This document shows positions 48,553-56,676 of a stretch of DNA of 64,000 nt, piece after piece. Made by a program: the position numbers and the translations under genes. Location: NCBI GenBank assembly GCA_016184225.1, contig JACPDA010000005.1:67590-131589 (forward strand). Direction: 5' to 3'. The notes under the pieces were generated by a model that saw nothing but the letters and a program-made list of their open reading frames with translations, did no database searches and was not told where the DNA came from. This stretch comes from Candidatus Daviesbacteria bacterium (GTDB lineage Bacteria; Patescibacteriota; Microgenomatia; Daviesbacterales; UBA10151). Positions within the stretch are counted from its first letter, which is position 1, and each line of letters starts with the position of its first letter.

Positions 48553-49279
48553 TAATAAGTACCCTTTGTTTTTTGGCAAGGTCGGTTTTGACCTCTACTT
48601 TTGCTTGGGGAAAATATTTTTGGGCTTCATTTGCTGCCAGTTCTCCGTGGGTATAGTCAATTTCTCCGATAATCAATTTAGGTTTCCAACCTACACTCCA
48701 GGAGTGTAAGTTCGAATTCACTCCTGGAGTGGAAAGCTGTTTGATCTGTTGGAAAAGTTTCCGGTAAAGTTCAAAGCCATCTTCTCCGCCGTCCAAGGCA
48801 ACATGTGGTTCAAAGTCTTTGACTGAAGAGTCTAAATAAGGAATCCTGGCAGAAGGGATGTAAGGTAAGTTAGTGACAATGACTAGGTTACAGGTTTCAG
48901 GGTACAGGTTACAGTTTAACCCGGAAAGCAAATTACTTTTTAAAAAAGTGATTTTATCTTCAACTCCATGGAGTTTGGCATTTTGTCTGGCTACTTTTAA
49001 AGCTTTCTGGGAAATATCTGAAGCAATAATAGTTACGTTTACACCCTTGGGGTGGAGGCTTAGGTTTTTGGCAATGGAAATGGCAATGTTGCCGGAGCCG
49101 GTGCCAAGGTCTAAAATGAGGTTACAGGTTTCAGGGTACAGGTTACAATAATTTAAAACTTCATCTACTAAAAGTTCTGTTTCCGGGCGGGGGATTAGAA
49201 CATCAGGAGTGACTTTGAAACGTAATTTGTAAAATTCAACCCAACCTTTAATGTACCCAGAGGGCTTTGATGATGTCAT
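48530..49279 (-). CDS. prmC: Release-factor glutamine N5-methyltransferase
   Basis: SAM motif (LDLGTGSG) and an NPPY-type motif (TNLPY). Carries two in-frame copies of a 29-bp repeat ([10 protein letters not shown]). Confidence 0.8.
   Translation of the reverse strand: MTSSKPSGYIKGWVEFYKLRFKVTPDVLIPRPETELLVDEVLNYCNLYPETCNLILDLGTGSGNIAISIAKNLSLHPKGVNVTIIASDISQKALKVARQNAKLHGVEDKITFLKSNLLSGLNCNLYPETCNLVIVTNLPYIPSARIPYLDSSVKDFEPHVALDGGEDGFELYRKLFQQIKQLSTPGVNSNLHSWSVGWKPKLIIGEIDYTHGELAANEAQKYFPQAKVEVKTDLAKKQRVLIINDVPAV
48886..48914. repeat. Repeat family 3 (GGTTACAGGTTTCAGGGTACAGGTTACAG), in-frame in prmC
   Basis: Translated on the minus strand as [10 protein letters not shown]. Confidence 0.7.
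49120..49147. repeat. Family 3 second copy, in-frame in prmC
   Basis: ggttacaggtttcagggtacaggttaca, translated [10 protein letters not shown]. Confidence 0.7.
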
Positions 49280-50198
49280 CCATATCTCCTTCTAAGATCC
49301 TATCCAGATTATGCCAGGATTTACCAATCCGGTGGTCAGTCACCCTGTTTTGGGGGAAGTTATAAGTTCTGATTTTTTCACTTCGCTCACCGCTTCCCAC
49401 TTGGGCAGACCTTTGAGCCTCAATATTTCCCACCTTTTTCTGTTGCTCCATTTCCCAAAGTTTAGCCCGCAAAAGCGATAGGGCGTTTTCCCTGTTTTGC
49501 AGTTGGGATCTTTCAGTTTGGGCTGTGACTACAGTTCCTGTTGGGATATGCTTAAGCCTGACGGCAGTGGAGACTTTATTAACATTCTGGCCTCCGGCAC
49601 CGCCGGAGCGGAAAGCTTCAAATTCTATATCAGATGGGTTAACAATAACTTGAGTTTTATTAACTTCCGGAAGCACTGCTACTGTTGCAGTTGAAGTATG
49701 GATTCTCCCCGAAGATTCTGTAACAGGTACTCTTTGTACCCGGTGTACACCGGACTCAAACTTTAGGCTGTTGTATGAATCTTTGCCGGAGATTTTGAGT
49801 ACAAGTTCTTTAATTTGTCCAAGGTTGCCCTCTGACCTGTTTAACTCCTCAACTTTCCACTTGCGGTTTTGAGCAAATCTGGTATACATCCTGCTTAAAT
49901 CCCCGGCAAACAGCCCGGCCTCATCTCCGCCGGCAGCGCTCCTTATTTCCAAAATACAGCTATCAGCATTCAGTATCGCTTCGCTGTCAGCTGTCAGACT
50001 TTCTGAATTCTCTGACGACTGACGACCGGTACCAACCGAAGGTTGGTGGACTGACGACTCTAGTTCACTTTTTTGTTTCTCAAGTTCAACAATTTCCTCC
50101 CTGGCCAATTCAGCCATGTCAGGATCCTCGGTTAAAGACTTAAGGTCTTGAATTTTTTTGTTTATTTGATCAATTTGGTCTTTTAGGTAATCGTTCAT
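49248..50198 (-). CDS. prfA: Peptide chain release factor 1
   Basis: PVT tripeptide motif and GGQ. It has an extra N-terminal segment ([12 protein letters not shown]) encoded by a palindrome flanked by direct repeats. Confidence 0.85.
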   Translation of the reverse strand: MNDYLKDQIDQINKKIQDLKSLTEDPDMAELAREEIVELEKQKSELESSVHQPSVGTGRQSSENSESLTADSEAILNADSCILEIRSAAGGDEAGLFAGDLSRMYTRFAQNRKWKVEELNRSEGNLGQIKELVLKISGKDSYNSLKFESGVHRVQRVPVTESSGRIHTSTATVAVLPEVNKTQVIVNPSDIEFEAFRSGGAGGQNVNKVSTAVRLKHIPTGTVVTAQTERSQLQNRENALSLLRAKLWEMEQQKKVGNIEAQRSAQVGSGERSEKIRTYNFPQNRVTDHRIGKSWHNLDRILEGDMDDIIKALWVH

Positions 50199-50203
50199 AA
50201 AAG

Positions 50204-50272
50204 TTTACAGGGTACAGGTTTTAGGTTACAGATAGGTGAAGCTACTGTCAACTGTTCACTGTAACCTGTCAC
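50204..50272. repeat. Family 3 variant copy plus an inverted partial copy in the rpmE-prfA spacer, ending 6 nt upstream of the prfA start codon
   Basis: tttacagggtacaggttttaggttacag … ctgtaacctgtcacc. Confidence 0.55.
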
Positions 50273-50599
50273 CTAACTAGAGGCTTGTTTGCGGGCTTGC
50301 ATCAACAAATCCTTTAGTGATGGCCGTTCTTTCTTTTTCTCTTCAACTTTAGATTTTCTAGCTTCCAGAATTCTCATTCTTTCTTCCTGTTTAACTTTAG
50401 AGCTTTCGGTTTTCTTCACAAACCTGTCAACTTGTCCTAAAGTGTCAACAAACTTCTGCTGACCGCTGAAAAAGGGATGGCAGGCACTGCAAATTTCCAC
50501 GCGAATTGCCGGCACTGTTGAGCCGGTGGTAAAAGTATTTCCGCAAGCACAAGTAACCTTAGCCTCCGGATACCAAGTTGGATGAATATCTGCTTTCAT
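50273..50599 (-). CDS. rpmE: 50S ribosomal protein L31 with a basic C-terminal extension
   Basis: L31 core with a CxxC…C zinc ribbon (CACGNT…CSACHPF). Confidence 0.85.
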   Translation of the reverse strand: MKADIHPTWYPEAKVTCACGNTFTTGSTVPAIRVEICSACHPFFSGQQKFVDTLGQVDRFVKKTESSKVKQEERMRILEARKSKVEEKKKERPSLKDLLMQARKQASS

Positions 50600-50605
50600 A
50601 ATGGA

Positions 50606-50697
50606 GCATAGTATAGCAAAAATAGTGACTAGAGTCGAGAGTCAAGAGTCTAGACTTAAAAATTCCTAAACTCTAGAACCTAGCAACTAGACTCTAT
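50606..50697. repeat. Family 4 copy B between eamA and rpmE
   Basis: Shares the atagtgactag / gagtcaag / tctagac / actctaga / actcta blocks with copy A. Confidence 0.6.
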
Positions 50698-51625
50698 GAG
50701 CCTTATGAATCTTATGGTGGGCTTCTTTGGCCAGTGTTCCCAAATAGGCTCCCACGGCAATCAGGACTGCGCCAATTAGAAACTGGTTAGACATTTGCTC
50801 ACCCAGGATTAAAACAGCCAGTCCTATTGCCGCAAAAGGTTCAATATAGTGGAAAAGGTCAGCTATGGTAACCGATGTTTTAGACAAACCCCACTCAAAA
50901 AGAAAATAAGCGGAGATGGAGGAAAGCAGGACCATAAAGGTCAGCCCCAGGACTCCTAAAATAGTGATTTGGCTGGCCCAGCCCGGGTTGTGGATATATT
51001 CAAGGGCAGCCGGAATAAAAAAGGCAACAGTCCCTACTAAAAAAGCCACTGCCGTGATAATTAAAGAAGAGTATTTACTTAAGATCTTTTTGGAAATGGT
51101 GGCCCCGAAAACCCAGGAAACGGAAGCTAAAATTATTAATAAATTGCCGGTTAACATCTGAGAAGAAACTGTGCCGGTGATGACTTGGGGTAAGCCAACA
51201 ATAACTAAGGCTCCTGCAAACCCTAAGGCCACACCTAAAAGATTAACCAAGTAAACTTTTTCCTTCAAAAACCACCAGCCGAAAAGTACCGATAATATGG
51301 GTACTGTTAAGGAGAGGATAGAAGCATCAATTGCGCTGGTGCGTTTAATCCCTTCAAAGAAGAAGGTGATATTTAAAACAATAATAAAAACTCCAATCGC
51401 TACCAATTTTGGAAGGTCAGCTTTCTCAATTTTAACTTTTGTTGTTTCTGCCAAAAAAAATGGGGCCAAAAGCAGGGAAGCTATGGCAAACCTCAGAAGG
51501 GCTAAGCTCATCGGGGGAAATTCCTGCAAAGTAATCTTGGCCACTACAAAATTAGCCCCCCAAATTAAGTGGGCAATAATGAGGGCAATGTAGGGAATAG
51601 GCTTTTTAAGTATTTGAGATGACAT
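50687..51625 (-). CDS. EamA/DMT-family transporter
   Basis: Ten TM segments with a two EamA-repeat architecture. Confidence 0.7.
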   Translation of the reverse strand: MSSQILKKPIPYIALIIAHLIWGANFVVAKITLQEFPPMSLALLRFAIASLLLAPFFLAETTKVKIEKADLPKLVAIGVFIIVLNITFFFEGIKRTSAIDASILSLTVPILSVLFGWWFLKEKVYLVNLLGVALGFAGALVIVGLPQVITGTVSSQMLTGNLLIILASVSWVFGATISKKILSKYSSLIITAVAFLVGTVAFFIPAALEYIHNPGWASQITILGVLGLTFMVLLSSISAYFLFEWGLSKTSVTIADLFHYIEPFAAIGLAVLILGEQMSNQFLIGAVLIAVGAYLGTLAKEAHHKIHKAHRV

Positions 51626-51631
51626 ATTGAG

Positions 51632-52045
51632 TTAAGAGTTACGAGTTAAGAGTGCAGAATTATTTCTGGATTTCTTCAGAATCGTAACCAGTATTCTTAT
51701 TATTTCATCATTTTCCTTTAAAAGTAAACCTAACTTCTTAGAGGGAATTAGTTGTGATCGGGAAAGAATCGTTAACCAATAATAGGTTTCCCTTGCTTCT
51801 TTTAAGGAGATGTTGACTAAGTGTATAAAATCTTTTCTGGAGGCAGCACTTTGAGCTTCTTGTAAGTTTGCTCCAATAGATGTTCCGGACCTTACTACTT
51901 GTGATGCTAAAGCATAACCAGCAGGAGTTTTCGGTAAGGAGTTAACCATGTAAACAATTCTTACTGCAAATTCTATGGATCTTTCTGCGATTCCAATTCT
52001 TAACTCTTCACTCTGCACTCTGAATTCTCCTGATGGCTTCGTCAA
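51632..52045 (-). CDS. Four-helix-bundle protein (23S rRNA intervening-sequence protein family)
   Basis: Family-typical sequence (…SIGANLQEAQSAASRKDFIHLVNISLKEARETYYWL…). The N-terminal region overlaps the hisS 3' end by about 37 nt. Confidence 0.65.
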   Translation of the reverse strand: MTKPSGEFRVQSEELRIGIAERSIEFAVRIVYMVNSLPKTPAGYALASQVVRSGTSIGANLQEAQSAASRKDFIHLVNISLKEARETYYWLTILSRSQLIPSKKLGLLLKENDEIIRILVTILKKSRNNSALLTRNS

Positions 52046-53300
52046 GTGTAATCAGTTTGTCTTGGGTTTGGCTCGCTAGATTTTTCAGTGTTACTTTATT
52101 TGATTCAGCTTCCTCAGGGCCAATGATCACAACATAAGGGATGCCTTTTTGGTCAGCATATTTGAGTTGCTTTTCCAATTTAGTCTCCGGATCCAGCCAA
52201 AGCTCAGTATTTATATTGTTCGAGCGAAGCTGAGAACATACCTCGATCGATTTTTGTTCAAACTCTTTAGACCCGCCTGCATCGCTATGCGAAGCATTGC
52301 GGGCAGGAAATACTGTCACCAAAACTTTGACAGTAGCTAAATCAGCCGGAAATAAATTCAGCTCCGTCATAGCCTCTACAATCCTGTCAAAGCCAAAGGC
52401 AAATCCGACGGCTGGGATTTGTTTATCTGCAAAAATACCAATTAGATTATCAAACCTGCCTCCGCCTCCGACCGACCCAACAGTATATCCTTCCACTTCC
52501 ACTTCAAAAATCATTCCTGTGTAATAATCCAAACCCCGGGCTAAAGTCGGTGAGAACTTATACACTGAAGAAGGAATACCAAACTTTTCCAGGTAAGTAA
52601 ATATTTGCTGAAGGTTTTCAGTAGGACTGAAGTATTCAATCTGCTGGACAATATAAGTGGCTTTTTCCGAACCGTAACCTTTTTCTATTAGTTCATTTAA
52701 TACTCCCTCTCTGCCAATTTTTTTAAGCTTATCAATAGAACGTATGATGGACGTAAGATCTTTTTCCGGTACAACACCTCTTTTAACCATCATGGAAAAA
52801 ATATTGCGGTCGTTAATAATAATCTTAAAGTTTTTAAATCCTAATTGTTTTAAGGATTCGACCACTGTGGCAATTATTTCCACATCAGCTAGGGGAGAGT
52901 TGGTACCCACGGTGTCAATGTCACACTGCAAAAATTCCCTGAACCGGCCTTTTTGTGGATTTTCCGCCCGCCAGACCGGTTGGATTTGATAGCGCTTGAA
53001 TGGAATGGGTAACTGGTTCTGATACTGTGCTACAACGCGGGCCAAAGGTACAGTCTGGTCGTAGCGGAGAGCCACTTTACGGCCACCGTTGTCGGTAAAA
53101 CGATACATCAGCTTATCGCCTTCCTCGCCGTATTTGCCCAAAAGTACTTCTTCATACTCCAAAGCCGGTGTTTCCAATGGTTCAAAACCAAAAGACTCAA
53201 AGACACTTTTAAGCTTATTTATGACAAACTGCCGCTTCCTCGATTCTCGAGGCAAAAAATCCCGAAATCCCTTTAATGTCTGTGCTTTAATTTTGTTCAT
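52008..53300 (-). CDS. hisS: Histidyl-tRNA synthetase
   Basis: Class II aaRS motifs and a HisRS anticodon-binding C-domain, 430 aa. Confidence 0.9.
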   Translation of the reverse strand: MNKIKAQTLKGFRDFLPRESRKRQFVINKLKSVFESFGFEPLETPALEYEEVLLGKYGEEGDKLMYRFTDNGGRKVALRYDQTVPLARVVAQYQNQLPIPFKRYQIQPVWRAENPQKGRFREFLQCDIDTVGTNSPLADVEIIATVVESLKQLGFKNFKIIINDRNIFSMMVKRGVVPEKDLTSIIRSIDKLKKIGREGVLNELIEKGYGSEKATYIVQQIEYFSPTENLQQIFTYLEKFGIPSSVYKFSPTLARGLDYYTGMIFEVEVEGYTVGSVGGGGRFDNLIGIFADKQIPAVGFAFGFDRIVEAMTELNLFPADLATVKVLVTVFPARNASHSDAGGSKEFEQKSIEVCSQLRSNNINTELWLDPETKLEKQLKYADQKGIPYVVIIGPEEAESNKVTLKNLASQTQDKLITLDEAIRRIQSAE

Positions 53301-53329
53301 AGATTAATATTAACAGGGGAATACGTATT

Positions 53330-53350
53330 AAAAAAGACCCTGGTGGGTCT
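53330..53350 (-). terminator. Rho-independent terminator (GACCC-ACCA-GGGTC followed by a U-run) about 40 nt upstream of hisS
   Basis: GC stem with a T-tract on the minus strand. Confidence 0.55.
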
Positions 53351-53490
53351 CTGGACTAAACGTACCATTTTAGTTCAGCTCCGTATTCCGACACTGACTG
53401 TTTCATTTTACGGTTAAACTTCCGTAGAGTATTTGGCTCTCGACTCCCGAATCGTGACTTCGGTACAAACGTCTTTGGTTATTAAGTTGT
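53336..53490 (-). ncRNA. Candidate small RNA or cis-acting leader of hisS (about 155 nt), bounded by a promoter and an intrinsic terminator
   Basis: A TTGACA-16-TATACT promoter (53497..53524, minus strand) and a gaccc-acca-gggtc hairpin plus U-run (about 53330..53350) bracket a non-coding stretch ending about 40 nt upstream of the hisS ATG. The RNA class was not determined. Confidence 0.4.
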
Positions 53491-53496
53491 AAATAC

Positions 53497-53524
53497 AGTA
53501 TACCACAAAAATTTCTGTTGTCAA
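53497..53524 (-). promoter_or_regulatory. Sigma70-like promoter TTGACA-16-TATACT (minus strand)
   Basis: Hexamers read on the reverse complement. Confidence 0.5.
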
Positions 53525-53611
53525 ATTTACTATCGGTTAATAAATTACCTGGGGTGGCAACCTACACCCACCCCTAGGGTGTCCTGGGTGTCCAAGGCAT
53601 GTCCAACATAA

Positions 53612-54199
53612 TTAAGCTGCTTTTTTAAGATCAATTGGCTGTAGGTAGGGATTATTTTCTAATTGTGAATCCGGAGTGGAATTTGGAAATATTGCGGGGG
53701 TTTCTTGTTGGGAAACATTGATTCCTTCTACAACTTCTATCATTTGTTCTTGAGGTTTCTCAATGGTGGCTAAATCATTAAATACGATTACCATCTCCTG
53801 GCCGGTAATTGAAACCGGAGCAGGTAATTCAGCTGTGACGGGAACTTTTTCGCCTCTGGTTTGCCAGGCCAGTATTTTGCCTGAATCTTCATTCATTCCG
53901 GAACCCGGATCCTGCCAGCCTGTCTGAAGAGGTGCATCTACTTCATTAACAATGACTGCGTCTCCTAAATGATCTCCAGCGTTGGCGATGTGTTTAAAAG
54001 GCATTTTTGCCAATGCATATGCCTTAACTGTTTTGACATACTGAGTAAAGTCATGTGTTCGGGTTCTAATTTTAAATGCCAGGGCCCTGATTATTGAGTA
54101 TTCAGTTGAGGTTTTGGTTGCTGCCTTCTGACCTGGAAAAATAATAACGTTTTCTTTCATATAAGAGCGGAGTGTAATATGAATAAGTCCAAATTGCAA
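53612..54199 (-). CDS. Hypothetical protein (195 aa)
   Basis: ORF only; a loose resemblance to GreA/Rnk C-domains was not convincing. Confidence 0.35.
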   Translation of the reverse strand: MQFGLIHITLRSYMKENVIIFPGQKAATKTSTEYSIIRALAFKIRTRTHDFTQYVKTVKAYALAKMPFKHIANAGDHLGDAVIVNEVDAPLQTGWQDPGSGMNEDSGKILAWQTRGEKVPVTAELPAPVSITGQEMVIVFNDLATIEKPQEQMIEVVEGINVSQQETPAIFPNSTPDSQLENNPYLQPIDLKKAA

Positions 54200-54250
54200 A
54201 TTTAATTCAGGACTTTCTTAAGTGTAGTGTGGTATGTTATATATTTACTT

Positions 54251-54958
54251 ATGGTAAAGGTAGCAATAATTTTGGCAGGGGGAAAAGGGGAGAGGCTTAG
54301 GCCTTATACCAATGACCGGCCCAAGGTCATGGTAGAGATTTCCGGCAAGCCTATTTTAGCCTGGCAAATAGAATGGCTTAAATCCCACGGAATTACGAAA
54401 TTTGTTTTAACAGTCAGTTACATGTATCACGTAGTCCAGGAGTATTTTGGGGACGGTTCAAAATTCGGCATTGAAGTTGATTATTCGATTGAAGAAACTC
54501 CGCTGGGCAGAGGCGGAGGTATCAAAAAAGCTTTCAAAAGCCCCTTACTTTCCGGTGAAACAGATGTGGTAGTTTGCAATGGTGACATCATTACCAAACT
54601 TAATTTAACCAATATGATCAAAAATCACCTGGACCAACAAGCCCTGGTCAGCCTGCTCTTGGTGCCTTATATTTCCAGATGGGGAGTGGTGAAAGTTGAC
54701 GAAGACGACCATATTACCGGCTTTGAAGAAAAACCCAAACTGCCTTATTGGATAAACGGCGGCATATATTTATTTAATAAGGATATAGAACCGCTTTTGC
54801 CTGAAGTAGGCGACCATGAAAAGGAAACCTTTCCCAAAATCCCCAAGGAAAAATTTGTGGGGTTTAAGGATGAGGGTTTTTGGCGGGCGGTTGATGTGGT
54901 GAAAGACAAATCCGAAGCAGAAGAGTTTTTAAGCAATGGCAAGCAAGATTTTAGTTAG
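54251..54958 (+). CDS. Sugar-phosphate nucleotidyltransferase (NTP_transferase family)
   Basis: N-terminal AIILAGGKGERLRP motif; start moved to MVKVAII. Confidence 0.75.
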   Translation: MVKVAIILAGGKGERLRPYTNDRPKVMVEISGKPILAWQIEWLKSHGITKFVLTVSYMYHVVQEYFGDGSKFGIEVDYSIEETPLGRGGGIKKAFKSPLLSGETDVVVCNGDIITKLNLTNMIKNHLDQQALVSLLLVPYISRWGVVKVDEDDHITGFEEKPKLPYWINGGIYLFNKDIEPLLPEVGDHEKETFPKIPKEKFVGFKDEGFWRAVDVVKDKSEAEEFLSNGKQDFS

Positions 54959-55006
54959 TATTCGATTTTTGACAAAAGGCTTATAAAGATATATGATCGC
55001 ACTATT

Positions 55007-55441
55007 ATGAGCGCAGAAGCAATAACTAATATGCAGGATTTGATTGAACAAACCGTTACTGGTACGGCTGGATATTTACCAAATCCTAATTTTGAATGCG
55101 TAGAAAGGCATGCTGTTAAGTGTGGACCTGAAGAAAGAGATGCATTAGATTTGCAAACTCACTTAGGTTTTATGGAAGTGATACGAAAGGCGGTACAATT
55201 TAATCTTCATCCTCAGTATGTGTGGTGGTTTGTAGCAGATGCGGCTGTAGTCAGGCAGGCTAGTTCAGGCTATCTAAGTAGTCCTAAGTCGGGAATACAG
55301 GCATGGAAAAGGTTAGAGCGAGATCCGGAGTGGAAAGGTGTAGTCTATAGGCGGGAGTGTGATTTTGCGGGTGATATGGCAACGATCAGGGTACTAAAAC
55401 GTTCTATTGCCCGGATGGAGAAGTCAGAAGTAGCAGTTTAA
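55007..55441 (+). CDS. Hypothetical protein (144 aa)
   Basis: ORF only. Confidence 0.35.
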   Translation: MSAEAITNMQDLIEQTVTGTAGYLPNPNFECVERHAVKCGPEERDALDLQTHLGFMEVIRKAVQFNLHPQYVWWFVADAAVVRQASSGYLSSPKSGIQAWKRLERDPEWKGVVYRRECDFAGDMATIRVLKRSIARMEKSEVAV

Positions 55442-55443
55442 CC

Positions 55444-56169
55444 TTATTTTTTCTTTCCAGTGGGAGTGGCAGACTGGGTGGCTACCTTTTTGGGTTTTAT
55501 TATTCCGCCTTGAGGTATCACATAAACAAATCCAGCTTCGAAAATTTCATTCTTATTTTTGCTTCCCGTGAGTATCACAAAATCTTTTAACTTTACCGTC
55601 GCTGAGGTGGGCAAACTGACGGCTACATTTTGGAAGTTTTTATCCTTGAGGGTAATTAGCTCGTCAGAGATAGAGATTACCTGGCCCCAAAAGTAAGTTT
55701 TTGGTTCTAAGTTAGGAGTTGGCAGTAAGATAATTTTTTTAGCTGTCAGTACGCCTGTTTCGTCAATATCGCCCAAAGCCGCAATATAGTCATCTTCCGC
55801 AATTGCCTTCAGAGAGAATTTAGTTTTTCCTTTAATTTTGCTTTCAAAAACAGTATCCTGATTGATGCTGATTATTTTGGGTCCGGATGCGGCTGCTAAA
55901 GTTAGGGAAGTTTCCGAACTTGCTTTAACCATGCCTGTGTAAGCTTTATCTTTCAGTTTGTGGTTAACCTCTTGTTTTAATTTAGCGGCCTTTGAAGCAA
56001 TTTCCTTTTTTAGTTCCTCCAGTTTGGCCTTAATGTCGGCAGAAGGGGTGGAATCAGCAGCATAGGTAGGGTATAGGGTATAGGGTATAGGGTATAGGAA
56101 AACAAAAAATACAAAAAATAAGGCAATTATTTTACTAGTGGCTAACCCCCAAACCCTAAACCCTCTCAT
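55444..56169 (-). CDS. Hypothetical secreted/anchored protein (241 aa)
   Basis: N-terminal hydrophobic segment. The N-terminal codons include a heptanucleotide tandem repeat (YPIPYTLYPTY). Confidence 0.4.
   Translation of the reverse strand: MRGFRVWGLATSKIIALFFVFFVFLYPIPYTLYPTYAADSTPSADIKAKLEELKKEIASKAAKLKQEVNHKLKDKAYTGMVKASSETSLTLAAASGPKIISINQDTVFESKIKGKTKFSLKAIAEDDYIAALGDIDETGVLTAKKIILLPTPNLEPKTYFWGQVISISDELITLKDKNFQNVAVSLPTSATVKLKDFVILTGSKNKNEIFEAGFVYVIPQGGIIKPKKVATQSATPTGKKK
56063..56098. repeat. Heptanucleotide tandem repeat (GGGTATA x about 4.5) inside the N-terminal coding region of ORF 55444..56169
   Basis: taggtagggtatagggtatagggtatagggtatagg. Confidence 0.8.
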
Positions 56170-56618
56170 AGTTTTTCCTTCGAATAATACACTGTCCGCT
56201 CCGCTGACCTGGAATCTCCTGTTGAATCAAAGGTTGCAGCAGTGATCTTATTTACCCCTTCGTCTAAACTTAAAACAGTGGAAAAGGAGCCATCAGGTTT
56301 TGATTTAATGACCGAATCAAAATTTTCTGTGGAGATTAAAACCAAACTCCCCGGCCCGGTTTTGCCGGAAACCAATACTTCCGGCGAATAAAATAAACTA
56401 TCCTGCTCAGGCTGGTCAAGATCCAGCCGCAGAGTCTTAGGGGCAGTGGTAATCGGCCCGGCCAAAAAGGGGCCTTTGGGTTTTTGATACTGGATATTTA
56501 AAATGTAATAAAGTCCTGCAAGAAATATTAAACCAAAACTTAAAAGTAAAATCTGGGAAATGAAAAACTGTTTGGTGGAGAGTTTTTTGGTTAATTTCAT
56601 TTGACAGCATTTTAACAT
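56166..56618 (-). CDS. Hypothetical membrane-anchored protein (150 aa)
   Basis: TM segment; 4-nt overlap with the downstream gene. Confidence 0.35.
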   Translation of the reverse strand: MLKCCQMKLTKKLSTKQFFISQILLLSFGLIFLAGLYYILNIQYQKPKGPFLAGPITTAPKTLRLDLDQPEQDSLFYSPEVLVSGKTGPGSLVLISTENFDSVIKSKPDGSFSTVLSLDEGVNKITAATFDSTGDSRSAERTVYYSKEKL

Positions 56619-56676
56619 ATATCTTAAGTTTTGGTGGATTGTCTCGTTAACTTATTTTTGATAGTATTTCGAAACG

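Noticed and set aside
53336-53490. Calling the hisS-upstream RNA a T-box riboswitch outright
   Set aside because: No canonical T-box sequence or antiterminator was identifiable by eye. It is kept only as a candidate leader/sRNA.
53612-54199. GreA/Rnk-like annotation for the 195-aa ORF
   Set aside because: The resemblance to the GreA C-terminal FKBP-like domain was weak and unordered. Left as hypothetical.
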